Of a stretch of DNA of 32,000 nucleotides, positions 1-8,140 are shown piece after piece (position 1 is the stretch's first letter; each line of letters begins with the position of its first letter). Below the pieces are notes generated by a model. The model made no database searches. It saw only the letters and a list, made by a program, of their open reading frames with translations, and was not told where the DNA came from. Origin of the DNA: Vibrio alginolyticus NBRC 15630 = ATCC 17749 (GTDB taxonomy: Bacteria; Pseudomonadota; Gammaproteobacteria; Enterobacterales; Vibrionaceae). The translations under genes were made by a program, and so were the position numbers. The stretch covers positions 2,790,001 to 2,822,000 of the forward strand of contig NC_022349.1 in NCBI RefSeq assembly GCF_000354175.2, read 5' to 3'.

Positions 1-193
1 TGTAGATGTTTACCACGGCAGGCGCTGCTCTTCGGACCGCTTGATTAAACGTCAATTCGACTGATGCGATATTAACAGGTTGAGGATCAAGCGCGGCAGG
101 AATTACGTTGTTGCGCAAAGATGGAACCGCCAGTAATACCACTGCGGCAGTAGCCAAGCCTAAAAAGACAGAACGTAATAAAAAGCTGAGCAT
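1..193 (-). CDS. degS: Periplasmic serine endoprotease DegS, N-terminal 64 codons only (gene runs off the left edge)
   Basis: Absent from the ORF track because it is open at the window edge. Reverse-strand ATG at 193-191 follows a GGAGAGG Shine-Dalgarno. Hand translation gives MLSFLLRSVFLGLATAAVVLLAVPSLRNNVIPAALDPQPVNIASVELTFNQAVRRAAPAVVNIY. This is an N-terminal membrane anchor plus the conserved DegS motif AVRRAAPAVVN(V/I)Y. It lies directly downstream of degQ, as in E. coli. Confidence 0.85.
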   Translation of the reverse strand, partial: MLSFLLRSVFLGLATAAVVLLAVPSLRNNVIPAALDPQPVNIASVELTFNQAVRRAAPAVVNIY

Positions 194-251
194 ATCCTCT
201 CCATGCGTGAGCGCCAAAATGGCATCGAAGATGAAGAATAGCATTACATTG

Positions 252-292
252 AAAAATAACAAAAGGGCAGCACGTCATCGCGCTGCCCTTTT
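252..292 (-). terminator. Rho-independent terminator after degQ
   Basis: GC-rich hairpin AAAAGGGCAGC...GCTGCCCTTTT at 261-292. On the minus strand it is followed by TTTTGTTATTTTT (complement of 252-264). It lies between the degQ stop (384) and the degS start (193). Confidence 0.7.
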
Positions 293-383
293 CATTAGTT
301 ATTGAGCGATAAGGAAAAGTGATCGAGCCTTATCACTCAGTACTATGCATCGAAAACCTTATTTTCTATCACTTTGAAAGTGG

Positions 384-1751
384 TTAACGAATGACAAGAT
401 AAATAGTACGTTCACCACGTTGAATATTAAGAGCCAGTACACCTTTGTGTTTCTCTACGATTGTACGAAGCTCGGCAAGGTTTTTCACTCGTTGACGGTT
501 CACTCCGATAATAATGTCACCTTGTTGTAATTGATATTGAGCAGCCGGAGAGTTATCTGCAACGCTCGATACTTTAACACCTTGGATTACATCACTTGGT
601 GTTGTATTGCTTAACTCCGCACCTTTGAGTCCCTCATGTAATGTCTCCGCTTTAGCTTTCATATTCGTAGATTCGCCAAGCGTTACATTAAAGGTTTTAT
701 TCTTACCATCTCGAACCACACCTAATGTGATTTCTTTACCTGCGCCCAGTGTTGCCACTTTTGCGCGGAGCTCTGAGAAAGTATTAATCGCTTTGCCGTT
801 CACCGATACAATTACGTCACCGGCTTTTAACCCTGCTTTATCGGCTGCGCTGTCCGGTACGACTTGACCAATAAAGGCCCCTTTACTCGACTCGTAACCC
901 AGTGCATCAGCTAGCTCAGAGGTTACTTCGCCACCTTGCACACCCAACATGCCGCGTTTGACTTCACCAAACTCTAGAATTTGATCAGTGAGGTTTTTCA
1001 TCATGTTTGATGGAATCGCAAAGCCAATACCCACATTACCGCCGTTAGGGCCTAAAATCGCAGTATTAATACCGATCAGCTCACCATTAAGGTTGACCAA
1101 TGCACCACCAGAGTTACCGCTGTTAATTGCGGCATCGGTTTGGATGAAGTTTTCGAAGTTTTCAACGTTTAAGCCACTACGGCCAAGGGCTGAAACAATA
1201 CCCGAAGTTACGGTTTGACCGAGCCCAAATGGGTTACCAATCGCAACCGTAAAGTCACCGACACGCAGTTTGTCGGAATCCGCGACTTTAATCTGCGTTA
1301 AGTTTTTCGCTTTCTCTAATTTAAGTAACGCAACATCGGCCATTTCATCACCGCCAACGAGCGTAGCGTCATACTCGCGCCCGTCAAAGAGGCGAACTCG
1401 AATCTCATCTGCGCCCTTGATCACATGGTAGTTAGTGACAATATGGCCTTTCTTCGCATCAATAATGACACCAGACCCTAAACCTCTGAACGGGCGCTCT
1501 CGCCTTTGTTCCATAGGAAAGTCTGGGCCAAAGAAAAATTGAAATTGCTCGGGAATGCGGCTGGTTTGTACTTGTTTACCTTCTACAGCAATACTCACAA
1601 CAGCTGGGGTCACCTTCTCAAGCATTGGTGCCAAGCTAGGTAACTGTTGGCCATCCACATTCAAAGGTAATGCGGCAGTGGCTTGAACTGGGGCAATAAT
1701 CGAACCCAAACTCAGAGATAGAACGGTGAGCGCAAGCAGTGGTTTTTTCAT
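384..1751 (-). CDS. degQ: Periplasmic serine endoprotease of the DegP/DegQ (HtrA) family, with two PDZ domains
   Basis: 455 aa, the same length as E. coli DegQ, and alignable by eye over the full length (LPSLAPMLEKV.PAVVS, GLGSGVII, ADSDKLRVGDF.VA.GNPFGLGQT.TSGIVSALGRSGL, NFIQTDA.IN.GNSGGAL.NLNGELIGINTAI, GIGFAIPSNM). Signal peptide is present. Catalytic His (TNYHV), Asp (DVALL) and Ser (GNSGG) are present. The DegP versus DegQ assignment is by similarity only. Confidence 0.93.
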   Translation of the reverse strand: MKKPLLALTVLSLSLGSIIAPVQATAALPLNVDGQQLPSLAPMLEKVTPAVVSIAVEGKQVQTSRIPEQFQFFFGPDFPMEQRRERPFRGLGSGVIIDAKKGHIVTNYHVIKGADEIRVRLFDGREYDATLVGGDEMADVALLKLEKAKNLTQIKVADSDKLRVGDFTVAIGNPFGLGQTVTSGIVSALGRSGLNVENFENFIQTDAAINSGNSGGALVNLNGELIGINTAILGPNGGNVGIGFAIPSNMMKNLTDQILEFGEVKRGMLGVQGGEVTSELADALGYESSKGAFIGQVVPDSAADKAGLKAGDVIVSVNGKAINTFSELRAKVATLGAGKEITLGVVRDGKNKTFNVTLGESTNMKAKAETLHEGLKGAELSNTTPSDVIQGVKVSSVADNSPAAQYQLQQGDIIIGVNRQRVKNLAELRTIVEKHKGVLALNIQRGERTIYLVIR

Positions 1752-1873
1752 CCAATAACTCCTCTTGAAACATGTCTGCCAAAAAGAAATATCCGAACGG
1801 TTAGTTCACTTTGTTAATAACTAATATAGGGTCTAGTTCGGACAATCAAAAGGGGAGGCAGTGCACACCCAAG

Positions 1874-1902
1874 TTAGAGCGAAGGTGAGGGGAAAAAGTT
1901 CA
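1874..1902 (-). promoter_or_regulatory. Candidate sigma-E (RpoE) type promoter upstream of degQ
   Basis: The minus strand reads tGAACTT-N17-TCTAA (-35 at 1902-1896, -10 at 1878-1874). The E. coli sigma-E consensus is GGAACTT-N16-TC(T/A)(G/A)A, as at degP. It lies about 120 nt upstream of the degQ ATG. The spacer is one nt longer than the optimum. Confidence 0.3.
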
Positions 1903-1931
1903 AAAAAGGGCCGATACAAATGTATCGGCCC
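1902..1931 (-). terminator. Rho-independent terminator after zapG
   Basis: Perfect 11-bp stem GGGCCGATACA/TGTATCGGCCC (1908-1931) with a 2-nt loop. On the minus strand it is followed by TTTTTT (complement of 1902-1907). It lies 20 nt downstream of the zapG stop. Confidence 0.8.
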
Positions 1932-1951
1932 TAGATAGAAGTAAGAGAGGA

Positions 1952-2395
1952 TTATGATGCTTTTGCGGTTACCGCTTCGGGAGCATTAATGATTTCTTTC
2001 TCTTGATCCTTCAAAAGACCGGTGGCGCCATTAGCGTAGTCTTTTGGTTGTTCGTTAAACTCTGGTTGATCTTCTGCAATGGTTTCAGACGACATTGCCG
2101 TTTTCTTATCAAACGGGTTGTCTTGTTCTGGTAAGTTTGGCAAAAGCTCAGAAGAGGTCTTGGCCATATGTTGGTATAGCTTGGTGTAATCTTTACCTAG
2201 GGTGTCCAACATTTCTGCGGTTTGTGCAAAGTGATCGACGAGCTCTTGACGTTGTTGCTCTAATTCAAACTTGGCCGCTTCAAGTTCTTTCTGCACAGAC
2301 TTTTGTTTTTTGTATTCAGGGGTGGTTAGTCTACTAATGACTACGCCTACGATTGTACCGACCAGCAAACCCACAATGGCATAAATCCAAGGCAT
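1952..2395 (-). CDS. zapG: Z-ring associated protein ZapG (YhcB, DUF1043), single N-terminal TM helix plus coiled coil
   Basis: 147 aa. N-terminal TM segment WIYAIVGLLVGTIVGVVISRL followed by ELEQQRQELVDHFAQTAEMLDTLGKDYTKLYQHMA matches the YhcB pattern (E. coli ...HF..TA.LL..L...Y..LY.HMA). Position between degQ and zapE is as in E. coli. Confidence 0.85.
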   Translation of the reverse strand: MPWIYAIVGLLVGTIVGVVISRLTTPEYKKQKSVQKELEAAKFELEQQRQELVDHFAQTAEMLDTLGKDYTKLYQHMAKTSSELLPNLPEQDNPFDKKTAMSSETIAEDQPEFNEQPKDYANGATGLLKDQEKEIINAPEAVTAKAS

Positions 2396-2590
2396 AACTG
2401 CTCCTTATAGTTGTTTTAACAAGTCTTTTACTACTTAGTTACACGCGGTGCTCGTCCATGTTACTATGGCTTGAACAGCCGATAAAGAAAAATAGCAGTA
2501 TGTCTTCGGGGACTGATAACTACTTCTCTCTATTCTCAAAGTTGACCCCGAGGTAACCCTTTTCTCTATACCTCTATACGACTTAATACG

Positions 2591-3694
2591 ATGACACCAC
2601 TACAACAATATCAAAAAGACATAGCAGAACACGGGTTTCAGCGTGATGAAGCTCAGTATCAAGCGGTCGTTGCATTAGACAAGCTTTACCATGCTATCGT
2701 TGAATTTCAGTCAGCGCCTGTTCCTCAGCTTTCCAAATGGCAAAAGCTAATGGGGAAAAAAATCGACAAGCCTGAACCACCAAAAGGTCTTTACTTTTGG
2801 GGTGGGGTAGGTCGCGGTAAAACCTACCTTATGGATGCATTTTTTGATGCTTTACCGACCCAAAGAAAAATGCGCGTCCACTTCCATCGATTTATGTATC
2901 GAGTACATGATGAGTTGAAGCTGTTAGGTGATGTCGAAAATCCGCTATCAAAAGTGGCGGATAAATTTAAAGAAGAAGCCGATGTGGTTTGCTTTGATGA
3001 ATTTTTTGTTTCCGACATTACTGATGCGATGATCCTTGCAACGCTACTTCAAGAAATGTTCAAGCGGCAGATGATCCTAGTCGCGACTTCAAACATTGAG
3101 CCGCAGAACTTATATCGTAACGGTTTGCAAAGAGCGCGCTTTTTGCCCGCGATCGATATGATTTTGGCACGTTGTGAAGTGTTGAATGTCGATAGTGGCG
3201 TTGATTATCGCTTAAGAACGTTAGAACAGGCTGAAATATACCATTACCCGCTTGATGAGCAGGCTAGCATAAACCTTAACAAATATTATCAGCAGCTGAC
3301 TGGAGAGCGTCAGTTTGTTGCTCATCAAATCGAAGTTAACCACCGTCAACTAGCGGTGATTGAAGCAAGTGACGGGGTGCTGCATGCGTCGTTTGCTCAG
3401 TTGTGTCAAACTGCTCGCAGTCAAAATGACTACATTGAATTGTCTCGTATTTACCACACTGTATTACTGGCAGATGTTCAACAAATGAACCGAAAAATAG
3501 ATGATGCGGCGAGACGCTTTATCGCGCTGGTCGATGAGTTTTACGAGCGCAATGTTAAGTTGATTATTTCTGCTGAAGTGCCAATGGCCGACTTATATAC
3601 TGACGGGCAGTTAGAGTTCGAATTTAAGCGCTGTTTGTCTCGGCTTACTGAGATGCAAAGTCATGAGTATCTCGCGCGTGAACATTTGGCCTAG
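2591..3694 (+). CDS. zapE: Cell division protein ZapE (YhcM), AFG1-like AAA ATPase
   Basis: 367 aa. Walker A GGVGRGKT and Walker B VVCFDEF are present, with AFG1-family architecture. It is divergent from zapG and upstream of rplM, as in E. coli. No obvious Shine-Dalgarno precedes the ATG. Confidence 0.88.
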   Translation: MTPLQQYQKDIAEHGFQRDEAQYQAVVALDKLYHAIVEFQSAPVPQLSKWQKLMGKKIDKPEPPKGLYFWGGVGRGKTYLMDAFFDALPTQRKMRVHFHRFMYRVHDELKLLGDVENPLSKVADKFKEEADVVCFDEFFVSDITDAMILATLLQEMFKRQMILVATSNIEPQNLYRNGLQRARFLPAIDMILARCEVLNVDSGVDYRLRTLEQAEIYHYPLDEQASINLNKYYQQLTGERQFVAHQIEVNHRQLAVIEASDGVLHASFAQLCQTARSQNDYIELSRIYHTVLLADVQQMNRKIDDAARRFIALVDEFYERNVKLIISAEVPMADLYTDGQLEFEFKRCLSRLTEMQSHEYLAREHLA

Positions 3695-3750
3695 ATCCAA
3701 TGGGTTCTTAAAAAAGTGAAGAAAAAATTAGTGATTTGGCGCAAAAAAAG

Positions 3751-3779
3751 GTGATTTTTTCTTCGCTCTTCTCTATAAT
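3751..3779 (+). promoter_or_regulatory. Candidate sigma-70 promoter of rplM-rpsI
   Basis: Perfect -10 TATAAT (3774-3779). Weak -35 GTGATT (3751-3756) at 17-nt spacing. An A-tract (3743-3749) lies upstream and could be an UP element. The GC-rich discriminator CCTGCGACCC lies downstream, as is typical of stringently controlled ribosomal promoters. Confidence 0.45.
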
Positions 3780-3785
3780 CCTGCG

Positions 3786-3945
3786 ACCCACCGTTACTGC
3801 AGACCTGATTATCGAAGTTATTTCGAAATTGAAGGTCGAGAGTACCAACGACTCGAAGGGGTGATGACTGGGCTCTTAGACAGTGTGGGAGCACTATTGG
3901 GTGTTCCTTTAAAGTTTAAAATTTAATTAACGGGTTATTGTTAGC
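3786..3945 (+). promoter_or_regulatory. Long structured 5' leader of rplM (possible L13 autoregulatory leader)
   Basis: About 160 nt separate the predicted TSS from the rplM ATG. Several local stems are visible (TCGAA/TTCGA near 3812-3828, TCGAG/CTCGA 3836-3856, GGAGCAC/GTGTTCC near 3888-3907). There is no canonical SD within 10 nt of the ATG. In E. coli this operon is autoregulated by L13 acting on the leader. Confidence 0.35.
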
Positions 3946-4374
3946 ATGAAAACTTTCGTTGCTAAACCAGAAACTGTAAAACGCGACTGGTACGTTGTAG
4001 ACGCTGAAGGTAAAACTCTTGGCCGTCTAGCAAGTGAAATTGCATCTCGCCTACGTGGCAAACATAAAGCTGAATACACTCCTCACGTTGACACTGGTGA
4101 TTACATCATCGTTATCAACGCTGAGAAAGTTGCTGTAACTGGTAACAAAGCTAAGAACAAAGTGTACTACCGTCACTCTGAATTCCCAGGTGGTCTAAAA
4201 TCTATCACTTTTGAAAAGTTGATCGATCGTAAACCTGAGATGGCTCTTGAGCTTGCAGTTAAAGGCATGCTTCCACGTGGTCCTCTAGGCCGTGCTATGT
4301 ACCGTAAGCTAAAAGTTTACGCGGGCGCTGAGCACAACCATGTTGCTCAACAACCACAAGTACTAGACATCTAA
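3946..4374 (+). CDS. rplM: 50S ribosomal protein L13
   Basis: 142 aa, near-identical by eye to E. coli L13 ([28 protein letters not shown]...). Confidence 0.98.
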   Translation: MKTFVAKPETVKRDWYVVDAEGKTLGRLASEIASRLRGKHKAEYTPHVDTGDYIIVINAEKVAVTGNKAKNKVYYRHSEFPGGLKSITFEKLIDRKPEMALELAVKGMLPRGPLGRAMYRKLKVYAGAEHNHVAQQPQVLDI

Positions 4375-4389
4375 TTGGGGATTTCGAAA

Positions 4390-4782
4390 ATGGCAGAGAA
4401 TCAATACTACGGCACTGGCCGTCGCAAAAGCTCAGCTGCACGTGTTTTCATTAAACCAGGCAGCGGTAACATTGTAGTAAACAAGCGTAACCTTGACGAA
4501 TACTTCGGTCGTCCAACAGCACGTATGGTTGTACAACAACCTCTAGAGCTAGTTGAACTAACTGAAAAGCTAGACCTTTACGTAACAGTTAAAGGCGGCG
4601 GTATTTCTGGTCAAGCTGGTGCTATCCGTCACGGTATCACTCGCGCGCTTATGGAATACGATGAGTCTCTACGTCCTGCTCTACGCGCAGCTGGCTACGT
4701 TACTCGTGACGCTCGTTGCGTTGAACGTAAGAAAGTTGGTCTACGTAAAGCACGTCGTCGTCCACAGTTCTCTAAGCGTTAA
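4390..4782 (+). CDS. rpsI: 30S ribosomal protein S9
   Basis: The ORF track starts at TTG 4375. The ATG at 4390 gives 130 aa beginning [24 protein letters not shown] and ending RRRPQFSKR, matching the length and termini of E. coli S9. Confidence 0.97.
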   Translation: MAENQYYGTGRRKSSAARVFIKPGSGNIVVNKRNLDEYFGRPTARMVVQQPLELVELTEKLDLYVTVKGGGISGQAGAIRHGITRALMEYDESLRPALRAAGYVTRDARCVERKKVGLRKARRRPQFSKR

Positions 4783-4834
4783 TTTCCTCTTATCGGGAAT
4801 TATGCTTTCAGAGTTACTCTGGAAACTGTGTACC

Positions 4835-4864
4835 AAAAGCTCGGCTCTATGCCGGGCTTTTTTG
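4835..4864 (+). terminator. Rho-independent terminator after rpsI
   Basis: Stem AAAAGCTCGGC/GCCGGGCTTTT (4835-4861, one G-U pair) with loop TCTAT. The run TTTTTT lies at 4858-4863. Confidence 0.8.
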
Positions 4865-5254
4865 TATTTAAAGACATCATACTTGTCTTCAAGCAACGAA
4901 CAGCCTTCACTTATCATCACACTCCGAGCAGGCCTTCTTATTCGTCCTCTTCGTCGAAAGGTTGTCAGTGCCGTTTTATATGTGTGCCTTATTTAATCGC
5001 GACTCACCACGCTTTCTCTTGTGATGCAGCATAGATGTATTCATCAGCAGGAATGTCTTTGTATCTTATTCTTCCTGTAACATGTTTTAAAATGACTTAC
5101 GTTCCTTTTTGAGCATTCTGCGTGCTACAAAATTGAAAATATAAACACAGTAAGCTGAACGCGTAATACGAAATATTTCTCTGTGTAATTAACTGAAAAC
5201 TACCAAGATAAAAGGTTTTATCCGCTTTCAGCGGGGCTTCTATGTGGTGCTTTC

Positions 5255-5284
5255 TTGTTACAAATCACATCAATTTTTTATAAT
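5255..5284 (+). promoter_or_regulatory. Candidate sigma-70 promoter (distal) upstream of petA
   Basis: TTGTTA (5255-5260), 18-nt spacer, TATAAT (5279-5284). Confidence 0.3.
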
Positions 5285-5348
5285 TCTGCCGCTTTTGTGA
5301 CGACGCGAGCGATTTGCCTCACAAATGTTACAAAAAGGTAGCTTTATC

Positions 5349-5377
5349 TTGTCAAAAAGTAGGGTTTTCTTTATCAT
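5349..5377 (+). promoter_or_regulatory. Candidate sigma-70 promoter (proximal) upstream of petA
   Basis: TTGTCA (5349-5354), 17-nt spacer, TATCAT (5372-5377). It lies about 100 nt upstream of the petA ATG. Confidence 0.35.
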
Positions 5378-5475
5378 TTCCCTCCAATAAATAGAACTAA
5401 ATTCATTATTTGTTAGCCATGCTCTTATAAGCGGAATAATAACGATCCAAAGGGAGCAAATGGGAGAATGTTTGG

Positions 5476-6066
5476 ATGAGCAACGCGCCTTTAAATAACG
5501 GTCGCAGGCGTTTTCTAACCGCTACAACGGCAGTTGTTGGTGGGTTAGGGGCAGTCGCCGTCGCCGTGCCTTTTATCAAATCATGGAATCCGAGTGCTAA
5601 AGCCAAAGCGGCGGGCGCACCAGTGGAAGTGGATATAAGTAAAATTGAACCAGGTCAGCTGGTTCGTGTTGAGTGGCAGGGAAAACCTGTATGGATTGTT
5701 CGCCGCACTCAAAGCGTTCTGGATAACTTAAAATCGATCGGTGATAAGCTTCGCGATCCACAATCTGAAATGGAGCAGCAGCCTGAGTACGCTCAGAATG
5801 AGTTTCGTTCGATTAAGGAAGAGTTTTTCGTCGCAGTTGGTTTCTGTACCCACTTAGGTTGTTCACCAACCTATCTACCTGACTCTTTCTCAGAGCAGGT
5901 GCAGGGCGTAAGATCTGGCTTCTTCTGTCCTTGTCATGGTTCTAAGTTCGACATGGCTGGTCGAGTGTTCCAAGGAGTACCTGCTCCGTTGAACCTTGTC
6001 GTTCCTAAGCACATGTATTTGAGCGATACCAAACTCATTGTGGGTGTTGATGAGGGAGATGCATAA
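5476..6066 (+). CDS. petA: Ubiquinol-cytochrome c reductase (bc1 complex) Rieske iron-sulfur subunit
   Basis: 196 aa. Tat-type signal RRRFLTATT is present, as are the Rieske 2Fe-2S boxes CTHLGC and CPCHGS. SD GGGAGA lies 8 nt upstream. The stop overlaps the petB start (TAATG). Confidence 0.95.
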   Translation: MSNAPLNNGRRRFLTATTAVVGGLGAVAVAVPFIKSWNPSAKAKAAGAPVEVDISKIEPGQLVRVEWQGKPVWIVRRTQSVLDNLKSIGDKLRDPQSEMEQQPEYAQNEFRSIKEEFFVAVGFCTHLGCSPTYLPDSFSEQVQGVRSGFFCPCHGSKFDMAGRVFQGVPAPLNLVVPKHMYLSDTKLIVGVDEGDA

Positions 6067-7331
6067 TGCAAGCAATGTTAGATTGGGTTGAAAAGCGTAT
6101 TCCTGCAATGAATGCTTATAAAAAGCATTTGTCTGAATACCCAATGCCTAAGAACTTCAACTTTTGGTACCTTTTCGGTTCTCTGGCGATGCTGGTTCTT
6201 GTTAACCAAATCCTAACGGGTATTTGGCTAACGATGAACTATGTTCCTTCAGGTGACGGTGCATTTGCGTCTATCGAATACATTATGCGTGATGTAGAGT
6301 ACGGTTGGCTTCTGCGTTACATGCATTCCACTGGCGCGTCAGCGTTTTTCGTTGTTGTGTATCTTCACATGTTCCGTGGTTTGATCTACGGTTCATACCA
6401 AAAACCTCGTGAACTATTGTGGATCTTCGGTATGTTGATCTTCCTTGTTCTCATGGCTGAAGCGTTCATGGGTTACCTACTTCCATGGGGTCAGATGTCA
6501 TACTGGGGTGCGCAGGTAATCATTTCCCTGTTTGGTGCTATTCCTGTTATCGGTGATGACCTAACGCTTTGGATTCGTGGTGACTACATCATCTCTGGTG
6601 CAACGCTAAACCGTTTCTTCGCACTACACGTTATTGCACTGCCTATCGTTTTGCTTCTTCTTGTTGTTTTGCACGTATTGGCGCTGCACGAAGTAGGCTC
6701 AAACAACCCGGATGGTATCGAAACTAAGCTGCCAAAAGGCTCAATGGGCGACGATTACAAAACGCAATTCAAGTTCCACGATTACTACACGAAGAAATAT
6801 GACATCATTGATTCGATTCCTTTCCATCCGTACGGCACGGTTAAGGACTTGGTCGGTGTTGCTGGTTTCTTGTTCTTCTTCTGTTACGTGCTGTTCTTTA
6901 ACCCAGAAATGGGTGGGTACTTCCTTGAGCCGCCTAACTTTGAAGCTGCAAACCCATTGAAGACACCAGAGCATATTGCTCCGGTATGGTACTTCACGCC
7001 GTTCTACGCAATCCTACGTGCGGTTCCAGACAAACTATTAGGTGTTATCCTAATGGGCGCGTCAATTGCAGTGCTGTTCGTTCTACCTTGGTTGGATCGT
7101 TGTAAAGTTCGTTCATACCGTTACCGTAGCAAACTTCATCTATTGAATATTGTACAGTTCACTATCGCCTTTATCGCTCTAGGTATTTTAGGTGCGTTAC
7201 CAGCGACACCAACGTACACACTACTATCTCAGATCTTTAGCTTGTGTTACTTCATGTTCTTTGTGTTGCTGTTCTTCTACAGCAAAAATGAAGCAACCAA
7301 ACCATTACCAGAGAGGGTGACATTCAAATGA
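6066..7331 (+). CDS. petB: Cytochrome b subunit of the bc1 complex
   Basis: 421 aa polytopic membrane protein with typical cytochrome b motifs (NFNFWYLFGSL, RYMHSTGASAFF, PEWYF-like PVWYFTPFYAILR). It lies between the Rieske and c1 genes and has an ATGA overlap with petC. Confidence 0.95.
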   Translation: MQAMLDWVEKRIPAMNAYKKHLSEYPMPKNFNFWYLFGSLAMLVLVNQILTGIWLTMNYVPSGDGAFASIEYIMRDVEYGWLLRYMHSTGASAFFVVVYLHMFRGLIYGSYQKPRELLWIFGMLIFLVLMAEAFMGYLLPWGQMSYWGAQVIISLFGAIPVIGDDLTLWIRGDYIISGATLNRFFALHVIALPIVLLLLVVLHVLALHEVGSNNPDGIETKLPKGSMGDDYKTQFKFHDYYTKKYDIIDSIPFHPYGTVKDLVGVAGFLFFFCYVLFFNPEMGGYFLEPPNFEAANPLKTPEHIAPVWYFTPFYAILRAVPDKLLGVILMGASIAVLFVLPWLDRCKVRSYRYRSKLHLLNIVQFTIAFIALGILGALPATPTYTLLSQIFSLCYFMFFVLLFFYSKNEATKPLPERVTFK

Positions 7332-8065
7332 AGAAGTGGATTGTAATTCTATTTGCTATGTTGCCATCACTAGCGATGGCAGCTGGGGCCAATGTTCCGC
7401 TGGATAAAGCGAATGTTGACCTTACGGATAAAGCTTCGCTACAAAACGGCGCGAAGTTGTTCATGAACTACTGTTTTGCTTGTCACTCTACGCAATACCA
7501 GCGTTACGAGCGTGTAGCAACAGACTTGGAAATTCCAACAGACTTAATGAAAGAAAACCTGATTTTCAATCCTGAAGCGAAAATCGGTGATCTAATGGTC
7601 AATGCTATGCCACCGAAGCAAGCGGCAAACTGGTTTGGTGCTCCACCACCAGATCTTACGTTGGTTGCACGAGTTCGTGGTGCTGATTGGTTATACACTT
7701 ACTTACGCTCTTTCTATGTTGATCCATCTCGTCCATTCGGCGTGAACAACATCGTCTTCCCGAGTGTTGGTATGCCGCATGTGCTTGAAGAGCTACAGGG
7801 CATCCCGACGCCGATTTACGATACGAAAATCGTAGATGGCGAAGAAGTACAAGTTGTTGTTGGTACTGAAACCGATGGCACGGGTGAGCTGAGTGAAGGC
7901 GAATATGACAAAGCGGTTGGCGATCTCGTTAACTTCTTAGTTTATTCAGGTGACCCAGTGCAGCTTGAGCGTCATGCTCTAGGCTGGTGGGTAATGGGCT
8001 TCTTAGTGCTTCTAACCATCGTTGTTGTGATGCTCAAGAAAGAGTATTGGCGCGATGTGCATTAA
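7328..8065 (+). CDS. petC: Cytochrome c1 subunit of the bc1 complex
   Basis: 245 aa. Signal peptide, haem-binding CFACHS (CxxCH) and a C-terminal TM anchor (WWVMGFLVLLTIVVVML) are present. Confidence 0.93.
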   Translation: MKKWIVILFAMLPSLAMAAGANVPLDKANVDLTDKASLQNGAKLFMNYCFACHSTQYQRYERVATDLEIPTDLMKENLIFNPEAKIGDLMVNAMPPKQAANWFGAPPPDLTLVARVRGADWLYTYLRSFYVDPSRPFGVNNIVFPSVGMPHVLEELQGIPTPIYDTKIVDGEEVQVVVGTETDGTGELSEGEYDKAVGDLVNFLVYSGDPVQLERHALGWWVMGFLVLLTIVVVMLKKEYWRDVH

Positions 8066-8108
8066 TTGTGCTAAAATACCGTGCTAATTCCCAATTTTAA
8101 TTGATGTA

Positions 8109-8140
8109 CAATGGAGGCTTAGCCTCCATTGTTTTTATTT
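8109..8140 (+). terminator. Rho-independent terminator after petC
   Basis: Perfect 10-bp stem CAATGGAGGC/GCCTCCATTG (8109-8131) with loop TTA, followed by TTTTTATTT. Confidence 0.85.

Noticed and set aside
87-305. Two overlapping ORFs, 87..278 on the minus strand and 108..305 on the plus strand.
   Set aside because: The region is explained by the degS N-terminus (1-193, a different frame) and the degQ terminator hairpin.
4619-5034. Plus-strand ORFs 4619..4996 (125 aa) and 4828..5034 (68 aa).
   Set aside because: The first is an alternative frame of rpsI that runs through its terminator. The second starts inside the terminator hairpin. Neither has an SD and both have Ser/Leu-rich nonsense-like composition.
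5460-5498. A 12-codon upstream ORF (MGECLDEQRAFK) with SD AGGGAG, overlapping the petA start in another frame.
   Set aside because: The SD-to-ATG spacing is only 3 nt. The petA ATG at 5476 has its own well-spaced GGGAGA and a canonical Rieske N-terminus, so this is probably coincidental.
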